A DNA stretch of 21,435 nt, taken from contig WELB01000023.1 of assembly GCA_009602725.1 (NCBI GenBank), positions 385,637 to 407,071 of the forward strand, in the 5' to 3' direction. Source of the DNA: Spirogloea muscicola. Taxonomy: Eukaryota. The notes beneath the pieces were generated by a model. It was not told the DNA's origin. It did not search any database and saw nothing but the letters and a program-made list of their open reading frames with translations. A program made the translations under genes and the position numbers. Every line of letters starts with the position of its first letter. Within the stretch, counting starts at the first letter, position 1. Shown here piece by piece: positions 1-10,432 of this stretch.

Positions 1-315
1 CCCATTGAGGATAGGGGCTGGAAAACCCAGCCCAAAACAGAATGAACAAAGTACGAGAAGGGGGCCAGGGGGAGCGCTAAGAATAACAAGCACAGGAAGA
101 AACAAAGCAGCTACGAGTCACTCAGTAACCCCTGCTAAGCAGCCGCAGACCAGAGATGTTCCTGGAAGTGGGTTTCCTGGCCAGAGGCAGCAGCGAGGGC
201 TCTGCCGGCACAAAGGTGCAGCGCGCGGCCCATCGACCTCTATAGCGAGACGGCCAGGCGCATACGGTACACTTGCGCCAGCGACCCGGCTGCAGGAAAG
301 TCCACCGGCTCCCCA
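1..315 (-). mobile_element. Degenerate 5'-truncated 3' fragment of a CRE-like RLE non-LTR retrotransposon (subfamily A)
   Basis: Minus strand reads GEPVDFPAAGSLAQVYRMRLAVSL*RSMGRALHLCAGRALAAASG, then after a frameshift LRLLSRGY* (stop 122-124). This aligns with the C-terminus of the long element at 19850-20060 (GEPADFNAAGSWAQVYRMRLSVSLQRSMAHALHLRAGRALAAASG). The 3' UTR (1-121) matches 725-855 and 19454-19574. Confidence 0.85.
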
Positions 316-707
316 TGGAAGCGACGGCAATGTAGTGCTCGGGCTGGCCATCCGTACGGCGCTTGCCAGGGACTTAGCGTCAGCATAGCGCCAAGTGAAG
401 CAAGGCAGCCCTAGCCTGCAGAGCCAGCCGGTACTCCTGGGCATGGAACAGAAGCAGCCCGAGTGGCCTCCCCCCTCTTTGCGCACTCCATCGCCCCTCC
501 ACATCCAGCATTCGCTTGCAGTCCTCCTGCGCAAGCCACTTCCCTCGGCGAGCATTTACTCGTTCTGGCTGAATGACGATCATGGCTGGGCTGCACTCCA
601 CTTGCCGCATGGCAGAGCGGATTGCCCCCCCGATACCTATCTGTTGGGCCGCCGCGACGGAGGAGTCGGTGAATAAGCCACTGGCAAGCGCGCCGTTGCC
701 CACCAGA

Positions 708-953
708 GGAGAAGAAAGGGCTCGCCCATTGAGGATAGGGGCTGGACAAGCCAGCCCAAAAAAGAAGGAACAAAGAACGAGAAGGGGGCCAGAGGAAGGC
801 AGAGGAAGCGCTAAGAAACCAAAGCACACAAAGAAGATAAGGAACTACAAATTACTCAGTAACCCCTGCTAAGCAGCCGCAAATCTGAGAGGCTAGGGTC
901 CTGGAAGTGGGTCCCCTGGACAGAGCCAGAGGCAGCAGCGAGGGCTCTCCCGG
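708..953 (-). mobile_element. 5'-truncated retrotransposon 3' end (subfamily A)
   Basis: Encodes GRALAAASGSVQGTHFQDPSLSDLRLLSRGY*, followed by a 3' UTR ending GGGCTGG..CCAGCCCCTATCCTCAATGGGCGAGCCC and a TTTCTTCTCC tail. Very similar to 19448-19660. Confidence 0.85.
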
Positions 954-1510
954 AGAGAAGAGAAGAGAAGACGAAGAGAAGCGGCTCTTCCAAGGGGGCG
1001 AGGGCAGTGACAAGCCAGCCCACAAAAGAAGTAAGCGCGGCCAGATTGACTGGTGGCTGGGAGAGGCCACAAAAGAAAGACTGCGGCTGCTGATGATAAA
1101 AGAATGGCTGTGAAAGCCAGCCAGGTGAATACAAAGGGTGTTGATTAGCATATCAGCGGAGCCAGAAAAGAGTGAAAAGGAAGAGGGGAGCTCGCCAGTC
1201 CCCCCTCCACTCAGCAAATTCCAGAAGGCTTGGAGAAGAAAGAAGAAGGGCTCGCCCATTGAGAATATGGGCTGGAACAGCCAGCCCAAAAAAGAATGAA
1301 CAGAGTACAAGAAGAGGGGGGGGGGAAGCCAGAAGAGGGGAGCTCGCCAGTCCCCCCTCCACTCAGCAAATTCCAGAAGGCTTGGAGAAGAAAGAAGAAA
1401 GAGCTCGCCCATTGAGGATAGGGGCTGGAACAGCCAGCCCAAAAAAGAATGAGCAGAGTACAAGAAGCCCAAGAAGAAGGGGGCCAGGCGAAGCACTAAG
1501 AGAGAAGGGA
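954..1510 (-). mobile_element. Head-to-tail chain of short retrotransposon 3'-end fragments (subfamilies A, B and others)
   Basis: Repeated plus-strand pattern of a purine run (GAAGAGAAG), then GCTC(G/T)(C/T)C, usually followed by ..CCAGCCC(A)AAA, starting at about 982, 1188, 1248, 1340 and 1400. 982-1030 resembles 16001-16045. Confidence 0.7.
1180..1467. repeat. Direct duplication with a 152-bp period
   Basis: GCTCGCCAGTCCCCCCTCCACTCAGCAAATTCCAGAAGGCTTGGAGAAGAAAGAAGAA... starts at 1190 and again at 1342, near-identical for about 130 bp. Confidence 0.9.
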
Positions 1511-1575
1511 TCATCGCGTGACCGGGCACGGTCATCATTCGGCGCCCGGCGGCTTCGCTTGCGCTCGCCCAGCGC

Positions 1576-1587
1576 TGCCACGTGGCA
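1576..1587. promoter_or_regulatory. Perfect palindromic G-box/ABRE-like motif TGCCACGTGGCA
   Basis: Exact 12-bp palindrome containing CACGTGGC on both strands. No target gene identified. Confidence 0.3.
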
Positions 1588-2397
1588 CGCATGCAGAGAA
1601 AATTTCCAGGATGAAATAGGAGATAATAATAGAATGGCAAATTGCTCCCATAGACTGAAAATCATGAGAATGTAATTTTTTGCTTTGCTCTTACCACCAA
1701 CGATAGTGAGAAGATCCACGATTTGCTTCTGCAAGCTTGTGAAGATCATCTCTTCTCTTACGTGCAGCGCCGCTTTCACTGGCAGCATCCAAAATTTAAG
1801 CATATAATCATTAATCTAAGCTCAAAGTCTTTTTTGTCCTTTTAATAGCTGCTCTACGAATCCAACGAATTGCCAAGCTTTTTCGGCGTTGTGCTGAGAT
1901 GATAGAGGGCACGATATGAGTGGTGACCAGAAATGCGGACTTTCCTGCACTCTACTGTAGGTTTGATATTGTCTATCGCTTCTTGAATTAGTGCGATGAC
2001 GTCACCGTGATTGGAAACCAGAGATTGCGGCTGCTGATATTCAGAAGAAGCTCTCAACCCGCGGGCCTCGTTGCCCGCCGCCGCCCTCCAGGTCCGCTGC
2101 CGCCGCCGCCGCCACCGTCGCCACCGCCGCCGCCGCGATGAAAGAGGGTCCGGGCACGATAACAATTGGTTGTGATCATCATACTCAAAATGTATGCCCG
2201 TGTACATTTTAAGTATCCTTCACCAGGCACATCCAGTCAAGGCTGTTTTCTTATAACTAATTTCTGCATGCAAAGCAATGTGCCATCGCTGTGACGGCTT
2301 CTAAAAGTCTTGATCTATGGCATATGGCTGCAAATTGGAGTGCTGACCACAGTGCTAGTCTATTGAAGTGGCCATGATGTCTCTATCCTTGAAGATG

Positions 2398-5300
2398 TCA
2401 TAGATGAGACCGTAAGTCACGCCTGAGGAGTTTGCCGGAGGCAGTCTTGGGGATTGAGTCGAGAAAGCGCACACCGTGCAACCTCTTGTAGCCCACCACC
2501 TGCAGGATGTCCTCAAGAAGCTAGTGTCATGAGATACTCGTAGACCCTTCCTTCTCTTTCGAGGGAACAGTCAAGATCATCAATAACTGCTGATCCGAAT
2601 CAGAACATTCTGGCAGATTATTCTGCCTACATCAACAACATTGGCTAGATGACCAATCTTCATGGTGATCATGATCCATTCGTGCCTGCTTAGTAAATTC
2701 TGCACACAAAAGGCCTGGAGCGCTCTGTTGTGAGTACCACCTGCCCAGCTACGAAGTCCTTGATCTCCTCTTCACTGACGGTGGTGCCCTTCTTCGTGAC
2801 GACAAATGCGATTGGTACCTCCCCTGCATGCTCATCTGCAGCCCTGTGCACAACATAAGAAGTCAACAAACAACAGAGGCCATATCAAAGGACAACACTG
2901 GACTAAAGAACGCATCAGTGAACTGTGGAGGTGGTTGAGAGGCTACAGAGGCGCTTGTTAAGACATCTTGCGGGCTCCAAACAACGACATGAATGAGGGC
3001 ACTTTGCTTTTCCAGCCATACCCTACAACTGCAGCATCAGCAATTTTGGGATGAGATACGAGGATGTCCTCCAACTCTGCAGGAGGAACCTGCAAAGTGG
3101 ACCAGTGCAAAGCAGGGCAATGCCTACTCAGCCATCATGGGAAATCAGTCTGTACTGACATTCAGGCTAGTGCTCAGAGCTCACTTCTCAAACAATTTCA
3201 ACAATTCTTCAAGCCAGAATGGTCTGAAGTCTGGTCCAGATGCCAAACCTGGAAGCCTTTGTACTTGATGAGCTCCTTCAGTCGGTCAACAACAAAGAAA
3301 TAGCCATCCTCATCAACGTATGCAATGTCCCCCGTGTGCAGCCAACCTTCCTTGATAGTTGCACAAGTGGCAGCCTCGTTGTTCAAGTACCCTGCGTCAT
3401 AGGACACTAGTACTACAACTTGTCAACTTGTATCAGCTTGGCAGCAGGAAAGTATGCAAGCAACATCCCTATACTGACAATCTGCCAGAATGGATGTCCC
3501 TCCATATTCAGCTTGTGTAAGAGAGGTGACGGATGAAGGAAGTGCACAACATACAGCCAGACATGCTGCTGTATGTGGCAATGCTGTACCTTTCATGATC
3601 TGAGGCCCCCTGCAGCAGAGTTCACCTCGCTGGCCAGTAGGTAAGCTCCTTCCAGTCACAATGTCAACAATCTTCGCCTCAGTCGACGGTGCGACACACC
3701 CAGCTGATCCTGGCTTGTTAGCCCTTGGCCGTCTTGCGAAAGAAGGGCTCAGGATTGTCATAGGGCTGCTCTCGGTCATGCCGTATCCCTGTTTCCATGC
3801 TGTATCCAACGAGCTCAGCTGCTGGTCTCTTACCAATAATTACCGTAGCCAATTGTGACTCTATGCACGAGACTTGTAAAGCAGCAATGTGACCATCTGG
3901 CACTGTCATGCGGGCTGCTGGTACCTGCCCAACTTGCGTATGTGGGAAGCGTGACTTGACGGCAGTCTCCAGCTCCGCACCAAGTGGTGCGGCCCCAGAG
4001 ACGAGCATACGGAGAGCATCAAGCTTGAACGTGCCAACTATTGGAAGTTTTGCCAGGCCGATGACGATTGGCGGCACAAGTGGTGCAACGGTGATGCGAT
4101 GGTCCTGCAGCGTCTGCAGGAAAGGCAGCATGTCAAACTTGGGTAGAATGACGAGTGTGGCGCCGGCACGCAGGCTGCACAGTATGATGCACGTGATGGC
4201 GTAGATGTGGAAGAACGGCAGCAGGCCCAGCATTGTGTCTGACTCGCGGACATCCAGGACAGGATTGGTGCCACCTGGGGAGCATAGTCAGAGTCAATGG
4301 ACAAGAAGTCAACGTGTCGCCTGTGTTGGCAACAGAGCCAGTTGTCAGCTAAGGCAGCAGAGTAGCACCTCTGCAAGAGTGAGCAGCGCAGGCTATCACT
4401 GGTCGCTGATGGAGTTTCTCAACAATACAAGAGGGAGGAAAGGACGGGAAACCTGCACGCACCAAGGTGCTGCTGGGTATTGGCAACAAGATTACGATGT
4501 GTGAGCATGACGCCCTTGGGCAGGCCCGTGGTCCCAGACGAGAACGGCAGCACGCAAGTCGTGTCCAGCTCTGGCTCGCTCGGCCTGAACTTGGCGCCGT
4601 CTTCTGAAACACCTCGACGGCGAAGCCATTGACGAATCAAGGCCTCACCTCAGAAATCGACTCTGAAGACAACATGGGTGGGTCGCTATGTTGTGGGGCA
4701 TTGCTTAGGAGACAGGAGATCAGAAAGATGGTATTAGAAAGCGCGGCCGTGCAAGCACGACCAGCAGGACCTGCGGCTCTGGCAGGGAGAGCAGCCGGGG
4801 CGCACCGGAAAAGAGAGCTTGGATGGGCGTGGTGCCCGGCGGGGCCGCCGCGGCGCCGTCTCCGGTGACGAAGACGGGCAAGCCGGAGGCGGCAAAGGTG
4901 GGCGCCAGCGCGGGCACGGTGACGACCAGCCGGGCGCCCGAGTCGGCCAGCTGCCGCCGGAGCTCCGGCCAGCTGTACGCCGGGTTGGCGGGCGTCACGA
5001 CGCCGCCGGCGGCGACGACGCCCAGCAGGGCCACCGGGTACTCGAGCACGTTGGGCGTGCAGAGCATGGCGACGTCGCCGGGCTTGAACCCCAGGCCTGC
5101 CACCGCCGCCGCCACCATGGCCGCCGCCGCCGCCGCCAAGACCGTCAGAGCTGCCACTACAGGCCCGGCTTGCGACGAGCTCGCATGGCGGCAGCACCGA
5201 GCTCAGCGCCCGGAGTGAGAGCCGCATTGTGGGCTCGGGATGTGATTTGTGGCGCGTGGAGTCACCACCTTGGAGCCCGGCGGCGAAGCTGCGGGCGAGG

Positions 5301-5432
5301 CGGCCGACGTCGGAGAAGGCGAGGGAGCGGCCGGTGGGGCCGTCGACGAGCGCGGGCTTGGCGGCCAGGCGCGCGCCGGGCGCACAGTGCCGCAGCGCGT
5401 ACTCGTGCAGCGCCTGCGCCGGCACCGCCACA
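2398..5432 (-). CDS. 4-coumarate:CoA ligase-like acyl-activating enzyme (ANL/AMP-binding family), probably peroxisomal; 5'-incomplete
   Basis: Exons with GT-AG ends and compatible phases: <5432-5269, 5096-4806, 4603-4463, 4274-3925, 3788-3590, 3391-3249, 3089-3022, 2843-2741, 2499-2398. Motifs: [18 protein letters not shown] (AMP-binding box), [57 protein letters not shown] and [13 protein letters not shown]-terminus is RSHL*. No ATG before the N at 5433. Confidence 0.93.
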
Positions 5433-5433
5433 N
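5433..5433. other. Ambiguous base, probable assembly join
   Basis: A single N exactly separates the truncated first exon of the ligase from the start of the minisatellite. Confidence 0.7.
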
Positions 5434-6220
5434 TGCCATTGCTGCTTCCTCAGCCTCCACGAGCAGCTCCACAAGCGGTACAGGTCGAGTCGACATGGCC
5501 CCCGTCAGCATGGCTCCCCCCGCTCTGTGGCACCTCCGGCCCTCCCTTCCCCCACCCGCCCTCCCTCCTGCCATTGCTGCTTCCTCAACCTCCTCTAGCA
5601 GCTCCACAAGCGGTACAGGTCGAGTCGTCATGGCCCCCGTCAGCACGGTTCCCCCCGCTCTGTGGCACCTCCGGCCCTCCTTTCCCCCACCCGCCCTCCC
5701 CCCTGCCATTGCTGCTTCCTCAGCCTCCACGAGCAGCTCCACAAGCGGTACAGGTCGAGTCGACATGGCCCCCGTCAGCATGGCTCCCCCCGCTCTGTGG
5801 CACCTCCGGCCCTCCCTTCCCCCACCCGCCCTCCCTCCTGCCATTGCTGCTTCCTCAACCTCCTCTAGCAGCTCCACAAGCGGTACAGGTCGAGTCGTCA
5901 TGGCCCCCGTCAGCACGGTTCCCCCCGCTCTGTGGCACCTCCGGCCCTCCTTTCCCCCACCCGCCCTCCCCCCTGCCATTGCTGCTTCCTCAGCCTCCAC
6001 GAGCAGCTCCACAAGCGGTACAGGTCGAGTCGACATGGCCCCCGTCAGCATGGCTCCCCCCGCTCTGTGGCACCTCCGGCCCTCCCTTCCCCCACCCGCC
6101 CTCTCTCCTGCCATTGCTGCTTCCTCAACCTCCTCTAGCAGCTCTACAAGTGGTACAGGTCGAGTCGACATGGCCCCCGTCAGCACGGCTTCCCCCACTC
6201 TGTGGCACCTCCGGCCCTCC
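5434..6220. repeat. 135-bp minisatellite, about 5.8 units, arranged as (AB)x3 with a 270-bp higher-order period
   Basis: Units beginning GCCATTGCTGCTTCCTCA start at 5435, 5570, 5705, 5840, 5975 and 6110. A units carry CAGCCTCCACGAG and AGCATGGCTCC; B units carry CAACCTCCTCTAG and AGCACGG. Confidence 0.97.
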
Positions 6221-6235
6221 TAGTATAGGGCGTCT

Positions 6236-6625
6236 TTCATGTAGCCACATTCTTTGCGCTGCATTCTTTGCACTTTCTGCATTTTCTGCCTGAACAATGT
6301 ATTGGCTTGAATTGGCCTAGCTTTAATCTCATGCGCACCGCGCGCCTTCTCTCTTCAATCGCTGGAGATGATCTTCTCTTCCAATCTGGAACTTTTTGTC
6401 TCGGCTAGCCTCTCGCAGCCCATTGCCTTACATAAAAGAGAAGTGCTCGCCCATAGAGAAGAGTGGCTGGCAAAAAAAGCGGTACGAACTTTGTTCATCT
6501 TTTCCTGGGCTGGCCGATTGCAGCCATTTCCCCTCTACTGGAAGCGTCTGTCTGTTTTCTGTCTGTGCTATTGTTTTCCTTGCTTGAGAAGAAGTGGGGC
6601 TCAGAAGAAGTGGGGGCTCCCCCTC
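6236..6625. mobile_element. Cluster of retrotransposon 3'-end fragments in mixed orientation
   Basis: 6284-6357 (TCTGCCTGAACAATGTATTGGCTTGAATTGGCC...CGCGCGCCTTCTCTCTT) is homologous to 15293-15365. 6435-6478 (GAGAAGTGCTCGCCCAT..TGGCTGG) and 6488-6547 (ACTTTGTTCAT..GGGCTGG..CAGCC) resemble subfamily A/B ends. Confidence 0.65.
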
Positions 6626-6982
6626 ATCATTCTGGGCTTGTCTTCCACCTGGCTAGACATCAGTCTAGAGAACTAGGCTAGCGCCTCTGCGCACTGCGTG
6701 AAGCCTCTGTGTGGCTTTTCACATACCTGCGCGGTGGAAACCCCGCGTAGCCCCCATGGTCTTGACCCGTGCAAAGCAACCGCCATCAAGAGTAGCAGCC
6801 GCTTCGCCTGGCAAGCACACGAGGCGCAAGATCCCTAAGCCCTCAAGACCTGTGCAACAGGCACATTGCACATGCACCCTTCTGGCACGTTGAAGCCCAC
6901 TCCCTCGACACATGTTTAGCTGGCTGCAGCAATTCATGCCATCCAGATCCTCGTAAATGCAAGACAATTTCCGGAATACAAC

Positions 6983-9900
6983 TTAAAGCTCCTGCCAAGG
7001 TGCACCACATTCTTCTGCCGTGCCCGCTCGGCCAGTAGGAGGCCGCTGCTCGTTGTGGACTCCGCTCGCTGTGCAGTGGGGGCCCTCGCCCAGGCTGACA
7101 TTAAACAGCGGCCTCCTTGAATTTGCGCTCAAACGGGCGGCCTTGTCCTTCAGGAGATGGGCTGGCATGAACGTGCCAAGTGCAGCGTAACTGATGCCGA
7201 CGAGGGTGATCCAGATGGCAAAGATCACTGTAGCAGCCTGCACAAGGAACAAACAGAATTTTTTTGCCCAGACCTTCAGCATGACTTCAGAAGTCTATGA
7301 AATTCCTTGCGAAGTCAGGAAGGTCATACCTATACCTGTGGTCATACGGGCCGTTCTGCTCACAACTTTGAGTGCTCATGCGCAAGTCACTGCCATCATC
7401 TTATGTGCAGTGCCAGTAAAAGCAGCAGACCTGCACCGACTCTGTGGTGAGCTTCGAATACAGGTGCAGCCCGAGGAAGATGTTAGCAATCCCCATGGTG
7501 GTCACTGCGCTCCCCAAACCCCAGTGCGCAGCGAACCATGGCAGGTGCAGTCTTGATTCAGTGAGAGGCGCTAGGAGCCCGAGGAGGAGCTGCAGCAAAG
7601 AATATGCGATAGCAATGTCAGCGACCTTGCCATTTGTCCGAGAGAACTAACCGGGGCCACACTCGTAATAGGGCTAGCTACGTCGGCCTTCATGTGCACT
7701 GTACAGAGTGGGCTGGTGTATCGGTACTGATTCACTTGCATGTGACAAACACGAATGGTAGTGATATAGTAAGCTGCAAGCCCCATGCGAGCAGTTTAGA
7801 ATGCAGAAGAGCCTCTTCACAGGAAAGCACCAACCTGAAACCATGTAAGTATAATTGCTGCCAGTCCAAGTTGCACATGGGCCTCTCCGCTATTCAAAGC
7901 TGAGAAAGTGCTGAACGCTGCAGAAAGAGGCTCGCTTGGAATTAGAGAATGTTAGAGACCGATTTTCTTCAATAGAATACACGTACTTGACTCCTTGATT
8001 TCTATGGTACAAAGCACATTGCTGCTTTACATCAGATCTTCTTGTCAAGCAAACAATAATGGTCTTGTAAGAGAGGCTAGAAAAAACCTTGAGCGACTAG
8101 AGCGCCTTGTTTGATTCCACTGAGGAGACGCTAATGCAAGAAGTCCTCGTCTAACTTTTAGACTTCAGAGCTACAAGTTGCAGATGGTAGCAACAGTAGA
8201 CACCCGTATTAAAAGGTATAAGAATAGCCTGCAGACGAGTAGTGTCCCTGTGGTGACTTGCCTATGATCGCAGCAACGCTTATGCAGGTCACGCCAAGGG
8301 ACTGGATTGTTGCGTGCAGGAGCAGCCAATGGCGGGCGAGCCCTTTGGAGTATCTTGCAACCAGCACGCCCACCGGCAGAAGCATGCCATACCCGAGCAC
8401 CATCAGCCATGCATGCCATCTGTACAGTCTCTCAAGATGTTGAGTCTTTGCTGGTGATTGCGTTCGAAGGCCAGCATTGCTGCCTCCAGGTCCCGTGCTT
8501 CCACTTACGACCGGACGAGCCTGCCAAAGTACCTTGAAATCACCCCTGCAGCCAGCATAAGCCTACTTTTCTCCATAAATCTGTTGCGATGCGTTGATTG
8601 TCAAAATGCAGCGGAAGCTGTGAAGTGATCGGCCCACATCTCGTAATCCTGTTGCCGACTACTCATGTGAGGAGATAGCTTCAGTATGGTGCCCAATAAG
8701 AGGGTAAATATGGCTGTCTTGGGACGATATGTCTTCATACCTGTTGTGTCGCCCATGGTACTGGAGGGTATCCAATCCATCAGAGGACATGGCCCAAAGT
8801 AGCGTAGTAGGGCCACGTTCTTCCACCACTGGCACAGTCGCGAGGGGGTCATCCACTTGCCGGCTGAAGCTGCAGAAATGCTAGATCACGTATGAACCTT
8901 ATGATTGTATTAACACAAACTTAGTCTGTAGTAGGAACATAGTACCATTATTGCATGACGTACACTGAGTGCCAGAATTTCGAAGCACTGCTGCAAGAAA
9001 TCTACTACCTTTACTACTCGGCACTTCATGGTTAGCTCTTGCTTCTGAGCAAGTCGTGGCTGAAAAGTCAATGCTACCATGCTCCATGCTCTTGTACGGC
9101 CATAGAGTAGCTTCGCCTTTACTACAGGCTCTGGATCGATGTCAGCCTACATCTTAAGTTGCCAGGACGGATGTCCTACGATCAAAGTAGGAGATGCCAT
9201 TGCTGTAACGCTGAGATAAGCAGAGAAACGCAGCTCTCGATGTGGCTGCTCAAACTTGCTGCACAGAAACTTTGGAGACTGAGAAGGTGCTGGGTACCTT
9301 ATGGTGGTGGTGTTGCCAGCCCTCTGTATGTAAGGCTCAATGAGGAACTCATTACTGCTTGCGATGTCCGTCACCTCCTTTCCCTCAAGCCTGCACATGT
9401 CCACCAGCGTCTCAAGTCGGGCCTAGAAGTTGCTCGTGAGCCTTTGCATTGAGCACAAAGAGGACTAAGAATGTGGATTCAGACGATGTCTATAGGCATA
9501 GCAAGCTGCAGTTGGGGTCCGCAACCAAGCAAGCAATCTTGTAACTTATTAATCAACGCAACACAGTCTGTGACATGCTTTTTGCATGACAAGCGGTGAG
9601 CAGTACCGGTACAAGCGAAGGTCCTGCACAGTGGCTGTGCCAAGAAGTATGCGGCCAATAACGGCATCCGAACCAATCATGGCTCCGTCCATTGACCAGC
9701 CAAGGGCCACCCACCCACTGGTTTGGGCAACGACTTTGACAGATAGGAGGTTGTCTCTCAACGTCCAATGTAGCTGATATCTGATGAGAAGTCCGTAGAA
9801 AATGTGGAAAACTTTCAGCACTAGGCAAGGGCTACACGGAGTGCTTCAATAGATGTGGGGAAGACATAGGGCAAGATTGCAAGAAATACATAGTGCAGAG

Positions 9901-10432
9901 ATTTGATATTTCTCAGACAAGGACTTCCACACTACAAGGACCCTTAGCCCACGCGTCAGGAGGACTGCCACCCTCACTTTTTAGAAACAACCTGCAGCAT
10001 GCAGGTCATGTCAGGAAGTACTGAAGCCTTGCAGCTTCGGCTGTCATGTGTCACTGTGCTGTCGTCAGTGCCGAGCGCGTGATTGGTCTGCGGGACCTTG
10101 CCCACTGTATACAGTGACCTGCGACCTTTCATTCCATCTGCGTGCGGATCAGCGGGGAGATCGCCTCGTGCGCAGGCCTTTCTGAGCCGGGGTCTTGGAG
10201 CCACACTGTCGGGCACGTCAAGCACTTCCCTTGCATCTAAGATCGGAACGGCTCCTCGTGGTAGCATCGATATGAGGAAGCCTCCCATTACGTCGGCGTC
10301 TAAGCATGTGCCGCAGCGACGGAGGCCGAGCTGCGCTCGCACGCTGCACCAGGACTGGCTCGGCAGCAGGGCGCAGCCGGCGATTGCAGCAGCGCACAGG
10401 GCAGCCAAGGCCAGGGCTCGCAGGCGAGCCAT
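6983..10432 (-). CDS. Cytochrome b561 and DOMON domain-containing protein (CYBDOM)
   Basis: Signal peptide MARLRALALAALCAAAIAGCALLP. Exons approximately 10432-10350, 10118-9978, 9780-9607, 9390-9298, 8869-8741, 8545-8262, 7917-7835, 7589-7431, 7237-6983. DOMON motifs: YQLHWTL..SGWVALGWS..MIGSDAVIG..FSR..LLWAM..YH (Met/His heme ligands). Cytochrome b561 has four His: WHAWLM..GMLLPVG..ARY, WLLLHATIQ, HVQLG..WFQ, WFAAHWGLG. The exon 1/2 boundaries are the least certain. Confidence 0.9.

Noticed and set aside
316..705. Overlapping 93-149 aa ORFs
   Set aside because: No recognisable motif, and homology to the long element stops near 315. Origin unresolved.
1..1510. CRISPR-like repeat/spacer array
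   Set aside because: The repeats vary in length and sequence, are attached to retrotransposon C-terminal coding sequence, and sit in a eukaryotic context with no cas genes.
1600..2210. ORFs 1363-1803 and 1854-2207, and the (GCC)n tract near 2075-2137
   Set aside because: Low-complexity or unrecognisable translations. No consistent exon chain found.
4819..5598. Plus-strand GC-rich ORFs
   Set aside because: Antisense shadows of the GC-rich ligase exons.
5203..6293. Long ORFs of 324-354 aa
   Set aside because: They result from a stop-poor 135-bp repeat read through an N into GC-rich antisense exon sequence. No independent coding evidence.
7590..7650. Apparent His-to-Asn loss of the third cytochrome b561 heme ligand (RTNGKVAD)
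   Set aside because: This stretch is intronic. The real exon 7917-7835 supplies HVQLG.
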